64,000 bases of DNA from Escherichia coli (GTDB lineage Bacteria; Pseudomonadota; Gammaproteobacteria; Enterobacterales; Enterobacteriaceae). Positions 25,563 to 40,069 of the stretch are shown piece by piece. The DNA lies in assembly GCF_003334335.1 (NCBI RefSeq), contig NZ_QOWQ01000002.1. The stretch is one strand, 5' to 3'. The translations under genes were made by a program, and so were the position numbers. Under the pieces are notes generated by a model that searched no databases, was not told where the DNA came from, and worked only from the letters and a program-made list of their open reading frames with translations. Positions within the stretch are counted from its first letter, which is position 1; each line of letters begins with the position of its first letter.

Positions 25563-26765
25563 TCAGGCAGTCAGGCGGCTCGCGTCTTGCGCGATAACCA
25601 GTTCTTCGTTGGTTGGGATAACCACCGCAGGACGGGTACCTTCTTTGTTGATGAAACCAGATTTGCCGAAACGTGCAGCCAGGTTGCGTTCATGATCAAC
25701 TTCAAAGCCCAGCACGCCCAGTTTGCCCAGAGACAGTTCACGAACCATTGCGGCATTTTCACCGATACCACCAGTGAATACAACAGCGTCCAGACGACCA
25801 TCCATCAGCGCAGTGTAGGCACCGATGTATTTCGCCAGGCGGTGGCAGTAAACGTCCATTGCGCGCTTCGCGTCTTCTTTCGTCGCGTAGTTGTCTTCAA
25901 CATAGCGGCAGTCGCTGGTCACTTCGGTCAGACCCAGCAGGCCAGACTCTTTGGTCAGCAGTTTGTTGATTGCGTCAACGCTCATGCCCAGGGTGTCGTG
26001 CAGGTGGAAGATGATCGCCGGATCGATATCACCAGAACGGGTACCCATGACCAGACCTTCCAGCGGGGTCAGGCCCATAGAGGTGTCAACGCATTTACCG
26101 TTGCGGATAGCAGAAACGGAACCACCGTTGCCCAGGTGGCAGGTGATGATGTTCAGTTCTTCTACCGGTTTGTTCAGCATTTTTGCCGCTTCCTGGGTTA
26201 CATAGAAGTGGCTGGTGCCGTGCGCGCCGTAACGACGGATGCCGTGCTCTTTGTACAGGTTGTAAGGCAGGGCGTAGAGGTAAGACTCTTCCGGCATAGT
26301 CTGGTGGAACGCGGTGTCAAATACAGCAACGTTTTTGTCTTTCAGCTGTGGGAAAGATTTCAGAGCTTCTTCGATACCGATCAGGTGAGCCGGGTTGTGC
26401 AGCGGTGCAAAAGAAGCTGCATCTTTGATACCCTGAATAACAGACTCATCGATCACTACGGAGCTGGTATACTTTTCGCCGCCGTGTACGATACGGTGAC
26501 CGATAGCAGTCAGCTGCGCAGACAGTTCTGGTTTTTGTGCCAGAATAGTATTAACGATAAAGTTGAGCGCTTCGCTGTGAGCGGCGCCTGCACCTAAAGC
26601 CGCTTCCTGTTTATTGCCGTCCATTTTCCATTTGATACGTGCTTCGGGCAGGTGGAAACATTCGGCTAAACCAGAAAGGTACTCTTCACCATTTACTGCA
26701 TCGATGATGGCAAATTTCAGTGAAGAACTACCGCAGTTCAGAACCAGTACTAACTTACTCGACAT
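25563..26765 (-). CDS. ackA: Acetate kinase
   Basis: 400-aa ORF; N-terminus [20 protein letters not shown] (ASKHA-fold acetate kinase signature). Confidence 0.97.
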   Translation of the reverse strand: MSSKLVLVLNCGSSSLKFAIIDAVNGEEYLSGLAECFHLPEARIKWKMDGNKQEAALGAGAAHSEALNFIVNTILAQKPELSAQLTAIGHRIVHGGEKYTSSVVIDESVIQGIKDAASFAPLHNPAHLIGIEEALKSFPQLKDKNVAVFDTAFHQTMPEESYLYALPYNLYKEHGIRRYGAHGTSHFYVTQEAAKMLNKPVEELNIITCHLGNGGSVSAIRNGKCVDTSMGLTPLEGLVMGTRSGDIDPAIIFHLHDTLGMSVDAINKLLTKESGLLGLTEVTSDCRYVEDNYATKEDAKRAMDVYCHRLAKYIGAYTALMDGRLDAVVFTGGIGENAAMVRELSLGKLGVLGFEVDHERNLAARFGKSGFINKEGTRPAVVIPTNEELVIAQDASRLTA

Positions 26766-27102
26766 GGAAGTACCTATAATTGATACGTGGCTAAAAAAAC
26801 GTCAGGGAGCCATAGAGCGTAGCGCATGATGACACCGACATTTATGATTAACATCATGCACTGCAAATTTTTTTTGCATGATGGAAGAAATATCTTGAGT
26901 CTATGCCATTTTGCGTAATTTTCAGCCAATGGCATAATGTATATGAATTTGACGACTCAATGAATATGTACTACTTAGGCCTTCAGGCTGCTAAAGGATA
27001 CCTGATAGTGGGTATGGAAGACAAAATGTTTTGAACGTTGTCCCGCTGAGTTGTGAATTTGCACAAATTTTTGAATCTTTATATGTGAAGTTGAGGTGAA
27101 GC

Positions 27103-27558
27103 ATGTCAACGCCGGATAATCGTTCTGTTAATTTTTTTAGCTTGTTTCGCCGGGGACAGCATTACTCAAAGACGTGGCCGCTGGAAAAACGCCTTGCCCC
27201 GGTCTTTGTCGAAAATCGCGTTATCAAGATGACGCGTTATGCGATCCGTTTTATGCCGCCGATCGCCGTATTTACTCTCTGCTGGCAGATTGCCCTGGGC
27301 GGTCAGCTTGGGCCGGCAGTTGCCACTGCCCTGTTCGCCTTAAGTTTACCCATGCAGGGATTGTGGTGGCTGGGCAAGCGTTCTGTCACGCCATTACCCC
27401 CTGCAATCCTTAACTGGTTTTATGAAGTTCGCGGTAAATTGCAGGAGTCTGGACAGGTGTTGGCACCCGTTGAAGGCAAGCCTGATTACCAGGCATTAGC
27501 TGACACGCTTAAGCGCGCCTTCAAACAACTGGATAAAACTTTCCTTGATGATTTGTAA
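27103..27558 (+). CDS. yfbV: UPF0208 membrane protein YfbV
   Basis: 151-aa ORF with two TM segments; diverges from ackA. Confidence 0.8.
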
Positions 27559-27562
27559 TTGA

Positions 27563-28135
<573 letters not shown>

Positions 28136-28145
28136 GGAGGCCCGC

Positions 28146-28796
28146 GTGCGGTGCAAAGGTTTTCTGTTTGATCTTGATGGAACGCTGGTGGATTCCCTGC
28201 CTGCGGTAGAACGGGCGTGGAGCAACTGGGCCAGACGTCATGGGTTAGCGCCGGAAGAGGTGCTGGCTTTCATTCACGGTAAACAGGCGATCACCTCTCT
28301 GCGACATTTTATGGCGGGCAAATCCGAGGCTGATATTGCCGCCGAGTTTACGCGTCTGGAGCACATCGAGGCCACGGAAACCGAAGGTATTACCGCGCTT
28401 CCGGGGGCAATCGCCTTACTCAGTCATTTGAATAAAGCAGGTATTCCGTGGGCCATTGTGACTTCTGGCTCCATGCCGGTAGCGCGAGCGCGCCATAAAA
28501 TAGCTGGGCTTCCCGCACCAGAGGTGTTTGTAACCGCTGAGCGAGTGAAGCGCGGAAAACCAGAACCTGATGCGTATCTGTTAGGCGCGCAGCTGCTGGG
28601 GCTTGCGCCGCAGGAGTGTGTGGTGGTGGAAGATGCTCCCGCTGGCGTGCTTTCTGGCCTGGCGGCGGGTTGTCATGTCATTGCGGTTAACGCTCCGGCA
28701 GATACCCCGCGCCTGAATGAGGTCGATTTGGTCCTCCACAGTCTGGAGCAAATTACTGTGACCAAACAGCCAAATGGCGATGTTATTATTCAGTGA
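28146..28796 (+). CDS. hxpA: HAD-family sugar-phosphate phosphatase (hexitol phosphatase A)
   Basis: 216 aa from the GTG at 28146 (GAGGAGG Shine-Dalgarno); HAD motif I FLFDLDGTLVDS. Confidence 0.85.
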   Translation: MRCKGFLFDLDGTLVDSLPAVERAWSNWARRHGLAPEEVLAFIHGKQAITSLRHFMAGKSEADIAAEFTRLEHIEATETEGITALPGAIALLSHLNKAGIPWAIVTSGSMPVARARHKIAGLPAPEVFVTAERVKRGKPEPDAYLLGAQLLGLAPQECVVVEDAPAGVLSGLAAGCHVIAVNAPADTPRLNEVDLVLHSLEQITVTKQPNGDVIIQ

Positions 28797-28815
28797 AACA
28801 CCTGATCATGATTTA

Positions 28816-28840
28816 GCCCCGTCTCGTCGGGGCTTTTTTA
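28816..28840 (+). terminator. Intrinsic terminator after hxpA
   Basis: gccccg/cggggc stem with tctcgt loop, followed by TTTTTTA. Confidence 0.85.
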
Positions 28841-28882
28841 TGGCAGAATCAAGTCATCCCCCTCAATTAACAAGGATAAGTT

Positions 28883-30715
28883 GTGAACGGTGAATTGATT
28901 TGGGTTCTTTCATTACTGGCCGTTGCCATCGTCTTGTTTGCGACGGGCAGAGTGCGTATGGATGCGGTCGCTTTGTTTGTTATTGTCGCGTTTGCATTAA
29001 GCGGAACGCTGACAGTCCCAGAAGTATTTTCCGGCTTTTCTGATCCTAACGTTGTCCTGATTGCCGCCTTGTTTATTATTGGCGATGGTTTGGTCCGTAC
29101 CGGTGTTGCCACCGTAATGGGAACATGGCTGGTCAAAGTTGCGGGCAATAGTGAAATCAAAATGTTGGTTTTGTTGATGCTGACCGTCGCGGGGCTTGGC
29201 GCGTTTATGAGTTCAACCGGCGTTGTCGCTATCTTTATTCCCGTGGTGTTAAGCGTTGCCATGCGTATGCAAACGTCGCCGTCACGTCTGATGATGCCGT
29301 TAAGTTTTGCCGGGCTGATTAGCGGCATGATGACGCTGGTGGCGACGCCGCCGAACCTGGTAGTCAACAGTGAATTGCTGCGTGAAGGCTATCACGGCTT
29401 CAGTTTCTTTAGCGTAACACCTATTGGCCTGGTCGTGCTGGTGCTGGGTATTTTGTATATGTTAGTGATGCGTTTCATGCTGAAAGGGGATACCCAGACC
29501 CCGCAGCGCGAAGGCTGGACGCGTCGAACCTTTCGCGATCTTATCCGTGAATATCGACTGACCGGGCGTGCGCGACGTCTGGCTATTCGCCCCGGATCGC
29601 CAATGATTGGTCAACGGCTGGATGATCTCAAATTACGTGAGCGTTATGGCGCTAACGTCATCGGTGTTGAACGCTGGCGGCGTTTTCGTCGCGTTATCGT
29701 GAACGTTAATGGGGTTTCTGAATTTCGCGCGCGTGACGTTTTGCTTATTGATATGTCTGCGGCTGATGTCGATCTCCGGCAATTTTGTAGTGAGCAATTG
29801 CTGGAGCCGATGGTACTGCGCGGCGAGTATTTTTCTGACCAGGCCCTTGATGTGGGCATGGCAGAGATTTCATTAATTCCTGAGTCAGAACTGATTGGTA
29901 AATCGGTGCGCGAAATTGGTTTTCGTACCCGCTACGGACTGAATGTGGTGGGGCTAAAGCGCAATGGCGTGGCGCTGGAAGGTTCGCTGGCGGATGAGCC
30001 TCTGCTGCTGGGCGATATCATCCTGGTTGTGGGTAACTGGAAACTGATCGGTATGCTGGCCAAACAGGGCCGCGACTTCGTAGCGCTGAACTTACCGGAA
30101 GAGGTGAGTGAAGCATCACCCGCGCACAGCCAGGCACCCCATGCCATTTTCTGTCTGGTGCTAATGGTGGCGTTAATGCTGACAGATGAAATTCCTAATC
30201 CTGTTGCCGCTATCATCGCCTGCCTGCTGATGGGGAAATTCCGCTGTATAGATGCTGAAAGCGCCTATAAATCCATTCACTGGCCGAGCATTATTTTGAT
30301 CGTTGGGATGATGCCGTTTGCTGTGGCATTACAGAAAACGGGAGGTGTCGCGCTGGCGGTGAAAGGGCTGATGGACATTGGCGGTGGTTACGGGCCACAT
30401 ATGATGCTGGGGTGTTTGTTTGTCTTGTCGGCGGTTATTGGGCTATTTATCTCTAATACCGCGACGGCGGTGTTGATGGCTCCGATTGCGCTGGCTGCTG
30501 CCAAAACGATGGGGGTGTCGCCTTATCCATTCGCGATGGTCGTGGCGATGGCAGCATCCGCCGCCTTTATGACACCGGTTTCTTCACCTGTTAACACACT
30601 GGTTTTAGGTCCGGGAAATTACAGCTTCAGTGACTTTGTGAAGTTGGGGGTACCGTTCACCATTATCGTGATGGCGGTTTGTGTGGTGATGATCCCGATG
30701 CTGTTTCCGTTTTGA
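28883..30715 (+). CDS. yfbS: Putative anion transporter YfbS with two internal TrkA-C (RCK_C) domains
   Basis: 610-aa ORF: hydrophobic N- and C-terminal halves flank two soluble repeats (...[23 protein letters not shown]... and ...[23 protein letters not shown]...). Confidence 0.85.
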
Positions 30716-30720
30716 CAAGA

Positions 30721-30770
30721 GCCTGATGTCGCATCCGGCGCTTATTGCCTGATGCGACGCAGACTCCGGC
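30721..30770. repeat. REP-like palindromic element between convergent yfbS and yfbR
   Basis: gcctgatgtcgcatccggcg...gcctgatgcgacgc carries REP-type inverted motifs. Confidence 0.5.
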
Positions 30771-30773
30771 TGC

Positions 30774-31373
30774 TTACAGCGGTGAATCCTGGCTAATCTC
30801 ATCGAGCGAAAGATGGAAGCTGGGAACAAATATTTCCATGAAGTAGTCCATCTCCTGGCTGCGACGCGCTTCAAGCGTCGCTTCCAGTCGCGTTTTTGCC
30901 AGCAAGAATTCATTATTTCCGGCCGCGAGTTCTTCCAGACATTTCAGATATGCACACAGTGCATCTGCCTGTTTCACCAGCGATTTTTCTTCATCGCTAT
31001 ATGCATGCTCGTCAATTAACGGCGCAAAGATATCCCGCAGCTCTTCCGGAACCATATCGACCAGTTTTTGCTGAGCGATTTTTTCAATAGCCTTGTACTC
31101 CTGAGCGATTTGCGAATTGAAGTATTTCACCGGAGTAGGGAGATCGCCGGTGAGCACTTCTGAGGCATCGTGGTACATCGCCAGTAAAGCGATACGTTCG
31201 GCGTTGACATTACCGCCAAATTTTCGATTTTTGATAGCTGCCAGCGCATGGGCGACCATCGCTACCTGCAAACTGTGTTCGGACACATTTTCCGTCCGCA
31301 CGTTGCGCATGAGCGGCCAGCGGTTAATGAGTTTCAGGCGGGAGAGATGGGCAAAAAAATGGCTCTGTTTCAT
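30774..31373 (-). CDS. yfbR: 5'-deoxynucleotidase (HD domain)
   Basis: 199-aa ORF with HD-domain signature (...[15 protein letters not shown]..., ...[11 protein letters not shown]...). Confidence 0.9.
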   Translation of the reverse strand: MKQSHFFAHLSRLKLINRWPLMRNVRTENVSEHSLQVAMVAHALAAIKNRKFGGNVNAERIALLAMYHDASEVLTGDLPTPVKYFNSQIAQEYKAIEKIAQQKLVDMVPEELRDIFAPLIDEHAYSDEEKSLVKQADALCAYLKCLEELAAGNNEFLLAKTRLEATLEARRSQEMDYFMEIFVPSFHLSLDEISQDSPL

Positions 31374-31456
31374 AGTGACCTTACGTATGATGACATCATC
31401 AGGTCATTGTGGTGGGATAACGCTGCCGGATGCAATCTCCGGCAGTGAAATTAAGA

Positions 31457-32674
31457 TTACAGCTGATGATAACCAGAAAGGAAACGCGCGAACTTGCTCA
31501 AAGACAGCTCGATATCATCGACACGCGGTAGCGTGACAATGCGGAAGTGATCCGGCCACGGCCAGTTGAATGCCGTCCCTTGCACCAACAGAACTTTTTC
31601 CTGCAACAGGAAATCCAGCACCATTTTCTGATCGTCGTGAATGTTAAAGCGTTTGGCGTCGATTTTCGGGAACATATACAGCGCACCACGAGGTTTCACG
31701 CAGGAAACGCCCGGAATATCGTTGATCAGTTCCCACGCGCGGTTACGCTGCTCATAAAGACGACCGCCAGGGGTAATAAATTCACTGATGCTCTGATAAC
31801 CACCTAGCGCGGTCTGAATGGCGTGTTGCGCAGGAACGTTAGCACACAGGCGCATTGAAGCCAGCATTTCCAGACCTTCGATGTAGCCTTTGGCGTGTTT
31901 TTTCGGCCCGTTCAACACCATCCACCCCTGACGGAAGCCTGCAACGCGGTACGTTTTCGACAGTCCGTTAAAGGTAATGGTCAGCAGGTCAGGTGCCAGC
32001 GGCGCAATTGAGTGATGCTCAGCGTCGTCGTAGAGAATTTTGTCATAAATTTCATCGGCGAAGATAATGAGATTATGCTGACGTGCAATCTCCACAATCT
32101 CCATTAAAAGCTCTTTGGAATATACCGCGCCGGTTGGGTTATTTGGGTTGATAATAACGATCCCACGCGTACGAGGCGTAATTTTAGCGCGAATATCATC
32201 GAGGTCCGGGAACCAGTCAGAGGATTCATCGCAAAGATAATGCACCGCTTTACCGCTGGAAAGCGAAACCGCCGCGGTCCAGAGTGGGTAATCTGGTGCA
32301 GGAACCAACATTTCGTCCCCGCTGTTCAGCAATGCCTGCATTGCCTGAACGATAAGCTCCGATACACCATTGCCGATGTAAATATCTTCCACGGTAACAT
32401 CACGCATGCCACGAGCCTGGTAGTGCTGCATGATGGCTTTACGCGCGGAGTAAAGACCTTTGGAATCGCAATACCCTTGAGCGGTAGGCAGGTTGCGTAT
32501 CACGTCAACGAGGATTTCATCTGGCGCGTCAAAACCGAACGGGGCTGGGTTGCCGATGTTCAGTTTCAGTACCTTGTTACCTTCTTCTTCCAGGCGTTTT
32601 GCTTCTTTCAGCACCGGACCACGGATGTCATAACAGACATTCTCTAATTTGCTGGATTTTTCAATGGGGGACAT
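31457..32674 (-). CDS. alaA: Glutamate-pyruvate aminotransferase
   Basis: 405-aa ORF of the class-I aminotransferase family; N-terminus MSPIEKSSKLENVCYDIRGP. Confidence 0.9.
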   Translation of the reverse strand: MSPIEKSSKLENVCYDIRGPVLKEAKRLEEEGNKVLKLNIGNPAPFGFDAPDEILVDVIRNLPTAQGYCDSKGLYSARKAIMQHYQARGMRDVTVEDIYIGNGVSELIVQAMQALLNSGDEMLVPAPDYPLWTAAVSLSSGKAVHYLCDESSDWFPDLDDIRAKITPRTRGIVIINPNNPTGAVYSKELLMEIVEIARQHNLIIFADEIYDKILYDDAEHHSIAPLAPDLLTITFNGLSKTYRVAGFRQGWMVLNGPKKHAKGYIEGLEMLASMRLCANVPAQHAIQTALGGYQSISEFITPGGRLYEQRNRAWELINDIPGVSCVKPRGALYMFPKIDAKRFNIHDDQKMVLDFLLQEKVLLVQGTAFNWPWPDHFRIVTLPRVDDIELSLSKFARFLSGYHQL

Positions 32675-33590
32675 GAATCTTGACCTTTTTTGCTGTTATC
32701 GCCACTCCCTGCCGTGGAAGTCAGCTTAGAACAATGTACTCCCCCAGGACGGTGTTTTGAAGGTCTGCAGAATAAGATTTTGCCAGAGGGGAAGGCTCGA
32801 TTGTGCTATTAATAACTTAATAATGACAAAATAATGAGGTGTACATGCTTTACATGCAATGTTATATAGTGAATTGTTCTGATTCTTAATTGTAAGTCTG
32901 GTTTTTTTATCTGTAAGATAATTGTGTGAAAATGCCTCATTTAAGAATTCACTAATGAAACGCGATGATGATATTTCCTCATTACGGAGAGTTTAACTGC
33001 GTGATGATTTCCGAGGTGTCGCAATGGGGGCAAGGTGTGAAACTATTGTTAAGCGGAATTAATGAATGAGGATGATGCTAATTAATTATTATTTAATATT
33101 CAAAAAGGTTTTGATGTGCTTATTAATAATAGAAGATTACTTTGCCTAACATAACATAACTTTGCATCAGATAATTCGCAATGACCCTTATAAATAAAAG
33201 GTTTTTGGGGTAAAATGCTCGGATAAATGACGGATCCCTGCTCTTGATGCCGCCTCACCATTGCTGTTGGTACGTGTTCGCGTATGACCAGCGATGCTGC
33301 ACGAGAGTGGAACAAGGACTCACATTTACATTTATACAAACACGCGCATGTCATAAATAGAAAAGAGTGAGTAACTTAATAGATATGCGATCCCTGAAGA
33401 TATATTCTGTGATCTACTTCAGGCATTATAACGGAACAATGTGAGTCGCTTTTTTAGTGCAACTCATATGCATTTTTACTTTCGTCCGGGTTCCGGATGA
33501 AACTGCCAGGGAGGCACATTACAAATGGAATTGCTTGTTTGTGTGTGCACAGCATTAACCAGCTCAGTATGAGCCGCCAGTAAGTGATAA

Positions 33591-34532
<942 letters not shown>

Positions 34533-34575
34533 TCGACGGACGATAGATAATTCCTGAGACAATAGTGTAAAAAAC

Positions 34576-34616
34576 GAGCCGCTGGGGGTGTTTTAAACCC
34601 CAGCGGCTTTTTTTTA
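34576..34616 (+). terminator. Intrinsic terminator after lrhA
   Basis: gccgctgggg/ccccagcggc stem followed by nine T. Confidence 0.85.
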
Positions 34617-35162
34617 GTAAAAATCCTTCATCGCATAGTGCAGAACGTACAAAACTGTTCATTTTTCAACCACCAGAGATTCACGTCCCGAACGCACAAA
34701 TAATCGCCTGAAAAAAATCACCTGCTACAATGATGTTAAAAAATACGTAAATTTGTTGCTGCGTTTTTGTTATGGAATGACAAAAGCGTGTCACAGATCA
34801 AGAAAATACTCTCTTTTGGGGGGAGGAATCGACACAAATTCCTGTCAAAATAGACCCGTATTTTTTCCATTGCTTCACAACGGACACGATTCAACAACAT
34901 CTAATTATCCTGGAGTCGTCAAGGATCTGGGGTGAAAGGGCATTAAATGCTAATGGTGTTGATATTATGTAAACTAATGTGAAGAAACTTTTGTTAAAGT
35001 TGACAAAAGGTTATAGAAAGGAGTAAAAAACCACATCAATTAGCTGTATAAAAGAATTTCTACAGTGATTGTAAGGTTTTTTTTATTCCTCCCCATGAAT
35101 CGATGTGGCGTCCATCTGCCGTGAAGAGCAGTGAATCTGGCGCTACTTTTGATGAGTAAGCA
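34617..35162 (+). promoter_or_regulatory. nuo operon promoter/leader region
   Basis: About 550-bp AT-rich non-coding stretch directly upstream of nuoA; individual operator sites not resolved by eye. Confidence 0.5.
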
Positions 35163-35606
35163 ATGAGTATGTCAACATCCACTGAAGTCATCGCTCATCA
35201 CTGGGCATTCGCTATCTTTCTTATCGTTGCCATTGGCCTGTGTTGCCTGATGCTGGTAGGCGGTTGGTTTTTAGGCGGTCGCGCACGCGCGAGGTCGAAA
35301 AACGTGCCGTTTGAATCCGGTATCGACTCGGTCGGCTCCGCCCGCTTACGCCTGTCCGCCAAGTTTTATCTGGTGGCCATGTTCTTCGTTATCTTCGACG
35401 TTGAAGCGCTGTATCTGTTCGCATGGTCAACCTCTATCCGCGAAAGCGGCTGGGTAGGCTTTGTGGAAGCTGCAATTTTTATTTTTGTGTTACTGGCAGG
35501 TCTGGTTTATCTGGTGCGTATTGGCGCGCTGGACTGGACGCCCGCGCGTTCACGCCGCGAGCGTATGAACCCGGAAACGAACAGTATCGCTAATCGTCAA
35601 CGCTAA
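35163..35606 (+). CDS. nuoA: NADH:quinone oxidoreductase subunit A
   Basis: 147-aa membrane ORF; first gene of the nuo block. Confidence 0.95.
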
Positions 35607-35621
35607 CCGCGAGGCATTAAG

Positions 35622-36284
35622 ATGGATTATACGCTCACCCGCATAGATCCCAACGGTGAGAACGACCGTTACCCCCTGCAAAAGCAGGAGATCGTAACCG
35701 ACCCTCTGGAGCAAGAAGTTAACAAAAACGTGTTTATGGGCAAGCTCAATGACATGGTTAACTGGGGGCGTAAAAACTCAATTTGGCCGTATAACTTCGG
35801 TCTTTCCTGCTGTTACGTTGAGATGGTGACTTCGTTTACCGCGGTGCATGACGTGGCGCGTTTTGGCGCAGAAGTATTGCGTGCTTCGCCGCGTCAGGCT
35901 GACCTGATGGTGGTTGCAGGAACCTGCTTTACCAAAATGGCACCGGTTATTCAGCGTCTGTATGACCAGATGCTGGAACCAAAATGGGTTATCTCAATGG
36001 GTGCCTGTGCCAACTCTGGTGGTATGTACGATATTTATTCCGTTGTGCAGGGCGTCGATAAATTCATCCCGGTTGATGTGTATATCCCGGGCTGCCCGCC
36101 GCGTCCTGAAGCGTACATGCAGGCACTGATGCTGTTGCAGGAATCTATCGGCAAAGAACGTCGTCCGCTCTCCTGGGTGGTTGGCGATCAGGGCGTTTAT
36201 CGCGCCAATATGCAATCAGAGCGCGAACGCAAGCGCGGTGAACGCATTGCCGTAACTAACCTGCGTACACCTGACGAGATTTAA
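35622..36284 (+). CDS. nuoB: NADH:quinone oxidoreductase subunit B (N2 Fe-S cluster)
   Basis: 220-aa ORF with conserved Cys ligands (CCYVEM, GCPP). Confidence 0.97.
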
Positions 36285-36389
36285 TTTGCGCCTGTCGGCA
36301 AAGGGATTTTTCTTCGCTTATTCCTAAATCTATTTCGCGAAGCTTACTGCGCCGACAGTCACCACGGACCATTTGCAATGGTGAACAAT

Positions 36390-38180
36390 ATGACCGACTT
36401 AACCGCGCAAGAACCCGCCTGGCAGACCCGCGATCATCTTGATGATCCGGTGATTGGCGAACTGCGCAACCGTTTTGGGCCGGATGCCTTTACTGTTCAG
36501 GCGACTCGCACCGGGGTTCCCGTTGTGTGGATCAAGCGTGAACAATTACTGGAAGTTGGCGATTTCTTAAAGAAACTGCCGAAACCTTACGTCATGCTGT
36601 TTGACTTACACGGCATGGACGAACGTCTGCGCACACACCGCGAAGGGTTACCTGCCGCGGATTTTTCCGTTTTCTACCATCTGATTTCTATCGATCGTAA
36701 CCGCGACATCATGCTGAAGGTGGCGCTGGCAGAAAACGACCTGCACGTACCGACCTTCACCAAACTGTTCCCGAACGCTAACTGGTATGAGCGTGAAACC
36801 TGGGATCTGTTTGGCATTACTTTCGACGGTCACCCGAACCTGCGACGCATCATGATGCCGCAAACCTGGAAAGGTCACCCGCTGCGTAAAGATTATCCGG
36901 CGCGCGCTACCGAATTCTCGCCGTTTGAGCTGACCAAAGCCAAACAGGATCTGGAGATGGAAGCCCTGACCTTCAAACCGGAAGAGTGGGGGATGAAGCG
37001 CGGCACCGAAAACGAGGACTTCATGTTCCTCAACCTCGGTCCGAACCACCCGTCGGCGCACGGGGCTTTCCGTATCGTTTTGCAACTCGATGGCGAAGAG
37101 ATTGTCGACTGCGTACCAGACATCGGTTACCACCACCGTGGTGCGGAGAAAATGGGCGAACGCCAGTCCTGGCACAGCTACATTCCGTATACTGACCGTA
37201 TCGAATACCTCGGCGGCTGCGTTAACGAAATGCCTTACGTGCTGGCGGTAGAGAAACTGGCCGGGATCACCGTGCCGGATCGCGTTAACGTCATTCGCGT
37301 TATGCTCTCCGAACTGTTCCGCATCAACAGTCACCTGCTGTATATCTCGACCTTTATTCAGGACGTCGGCGCAATGACGCCAGTGTTCTTCGCCTTTACC
37401 GATCGTCAGAAAATTTACGATCTGGTGGAAGCAATCACTGGTTTCCGTATGCACCCGGCGTGGTTCCGTATTGGCGGCGTAGCGCACGACCTGCCGCGCG
37501 GCTGGGATCGCCTGCTGCGTGAGTTCCTCGACTGGATGCCGAAACGTCTGGCGTCTTACGAGAAAGCGGCGCTGCAAAACACCATTCTGAAAGGTCGTTC
37601 CCAGGGCGTTGCCGCCTATGGCGCGAAAGAGGCGCTGGAGTGGGGCACCACTGGCGCGGGCCTGCGTGCTACCGGGATCGACTTCGACGTGCGTAAGGCG
37701 CGTCCTTATTCTGGCTATGAAAACTTCGACTTTGAAATCCCGGTGGGTGGTGGCGTTTCTGACTGCTACACCCGCGTAATGCTTAAAGTGGAAGAGCTGC
37801 GCCAGAGTCTGCGCATTCTTGAGCAGTGCCTCAACAACATGCCGGAAGGCCCGTTCAAAGCGGATCACCCGCTGACCACGCCGCCGCCGAAAGAGCGCAC
37901 GCTGCAACATATCGAAACCCTGATCACCCACTTCCTGCAAGTGTCGTGGGGTCCGGTGATGCCTGCCAATGAATCTTTCCAGATGATTGAGGCGACCAAA
38001 GGGATCAACAGTTACTACCTGACCAGCGACGGCAGCACCATGAGTTACCGCACCCGTGTTCGTACCCCGAGCTTTGCGCATTTGCAGCAAATTCCGGCGG
38101 CGATCCGCGGCAGCCTGGTGTCTGACCTGATTGTTTATCTGGGCAGTATCGATTTTGTTATGTCAGATGTGGACCGCTAA
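36390..38180 (+). CDS. nuoC: NADH:quinone oxidoreductase fused subunit C/D
   Basis: Fused 30-kDa/49-kDa-type subunit; 596 aa from the ATG at 36390. An in-frame ATG at 36378 would give 600 aa and the true start is not resolved. Confidence 0.93.
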
Positions 38181-38182
38181 TT

Positions 38183-38683
38183 ATGCACGAGAATCAACAA
38201 CCACAAACCGAGGCTTTTGAGCTGAGTGCGGCAGAGCGTGAAGCGATCGAGCACGAGATGCACCACTACGAAGACCCGCGTGCGGCGTCCATTGAAGCGC
38301 TGAAAATCGTTCAGAAGCAGCGTGGCTGGGTGCCGGATGGTGCGATCCACGCGATCGCCGATGTGCTGGGTATTCCGGCAAGCGACGTCGAAGGTGTGGC
38401 AACGTTCTACAGTCAGATCTTCCGCCAGCCGGTTGGTCGCCATGTGATCCGTTATTGTGACAGCGTGGTCTGTCATATCAACGGTTATCAGGGTATTCAG
38501 GCGGCGCTCGAGAAAAAGCTGAACATCAAACCAGGGCAAACGACATTTGATGGCCGCTTTACGCTGCTGCCAACTTGCTGCCTGGGGAACTGTGATAAAG
38601 GGCCAAACATGATGATCGATGAGGACACTCACGCGCATCTGACCCCGGAAGCGATCCCTGAACTGCTGGAGCGGTATAAATGA
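38183..38683 (+). CDS. nuoE: NADH:quinone oxidoreductase subunit E (2Fe-2S)
   Basis: 166-aa ORF with thioredoxin-like [2Fe-2S] Cys motifs (CDSVVC...CCLGNC). Confidence 0.95.
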
Positions 38684-40017
38684 AAAACATTATCCGTACT
38701 CCCGAAACGCATCCGCTGACCTGGCGTCTGCGCGATGACAAACAGCCAGTGTGGCTGGACGAATACCGCAGCAAAAACGGTTACGAAGGCGCGCGTAAGG
38801 CGCTGACCGGGCTGTCTCCGGACGAAATCGTTAATCAGGTAAAAGACGCTGGTCTGAAAGGGCGCGGCGGCGCGGGCTTCTCGACTGGCCTGAAATGGAG
38901 CCTGATGCCGAAAGACGAATCCATGAACATCCGTTACCTGCTGTGTAATGCCGATGAAATGGAGCCGGGCACCTATAAAGACCGCCTGTTGATGGAGCAA
39001 CTGCCGCACCTGCTGGTGGAAGGTATGCTCATCTCCGCGTTTGCGCTGAAAGCTTACCGTGGCTACATCTTCCTGCGTGGCGAATATATCGAAGCGGCAG
39101 TTAATCTGCGCCGTGCCATTGCCGAAGCCACCGAAGCGGGTCTGCTTGGCAAAAACATTATGGGAACAGGTTTCGATTTCGAACTGTTCGTCCATACCGG
39201 GGCAGGGCGCTACATCTGCGGGGAAGAAACAGCGTTAATCAACTCCCTGGAAGGACGTCGTGCTAACCCACGCTCGAAGCCACCCTTCCCGGCAACCTCC
39301 GGCGCATGGGGTAAACCGACCTGTGTCAACAACGTCGAAACCCTGTGTAACGTTCCGGCGATCCTCGCTAACGGCGTGGAGTGGTATCAGAACATCTCGA
39401 AAAGTAAAGATGCTGGCACCAAGCTGATGGGCTTCTCCGGTCGGGTGAAAAATCCGGGACTGTGGGAACTGCCGTTCGGCACCACCGCACGCGAGATCCT
39501 CGAAGATTACGCCGGTGGTATGCGTGATGGTCTGAAATTTAAAGCCTGGCAGCCAGGCGGCGCGGGGACTGACTTCCTGACCGAAGCGCACCTTGATCTG
39601 CCGATGGAATTCGAAAGTATCGGTAAAGCGGGCAGCCGTCTGGGTACGGCGCTGGCGATGGCGGTTGACCATGAGATCAACATGGTGTCGCTGGTGCGTA
39701 ACCTGGAAGAGTTTTTCGCCCGTGAGTCCTGCGGCTGGTGTACGCCGTGCCGCGACGGTCTGCCGTGGAGCGTGAAAATTCTGCGTGCGCTGGAGCGTGG
39801 TGAAGGTCAGCCGGGCGATATCGAAACACTTGAGCAACTGTGTCGATTCTTAGGCCCGGGTAAAACTTTCTGTGCCCACGCACCTGGTGCAGTGGAGCCG
39901 TTACAGAGCGCCATCAAATATTTCCGCGAAGAATTTGAGGCGGGAATCAAACAGCCGTTCAGCAATACCCATTTGATTAATGGGATTCAGCCGAACCTGC
40001 TGAAAGAGCGCTGGTAA
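38680..40017 (+). CDS. nuoF: NADH:quinone oxidoreductase subunit F (NADH/FMN binding, 4Fe-4S)
   Basis: 445-aa ORF with glycine-rich motif [10 protein letters not shown] and Cys cluster ([10 protein letters not shown]); overlaps the nuoE stop (ATGA). Confidence 0.97.
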   Translation: MKNIIRTPETHPLTWRLRDDKQPVWLDEYRSKNGYEGARKALTGLSPDEIVNQVKDAGLKGRGGAGFSTGLKWSLMPKDESMNIRYLLCNADEMEPGTYKDRLLMEQLPHLLVEGMLISAFALKAYRGYIFLRGEYIEAAVNLRRAIAEATEAGLLGKNIMGTGFDFELFVHTGAGRYICGEETALINSLEGRRANPRSKPPFPATSGAWGKPTCVNNVETLCNVPAILANGVEWYQNISKSKDAGTKLMGFSGRVKNPGLWELPFGTTAREILEDYAGGMRDGLKFKAWQPGGAGTDFLTEAHLDLPMEFESIGKAGSRLGTALAMAVDHEINMVSLVRNLEEFFARESCGWCTPCRDGLPWSVKILRALERGEGQPGDIETLEQLCRFLGPGKTFCAHAPGAVEPLQSAIKYFREEFEAGIKQPFSNTHLINGIQPNLLKERW

Positions 40018-40069
40018 CCGAATTTCGATTAACGCTCAGTCTCTGACTGAGAAAACTGGAAGCATGCTA

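Noticed and set aside
25557-26597. 346-aa plus-strand ORF
   Set aside because: Antisense to ackA; same artefact.
27040-27075. Partial CRP-like half-site arrangement (tgtgaatttgcaca) upstream of yfbV
   Set aside because: Only one good TGTGA half-site; the second half deviates from TCACA, so it is too weak to call.
36648-38090. 480-aa minus-strand ORF
   Set aside because: Antisense to nuoC; Arg/His-rich translation typical of reverse-frame artefacts.
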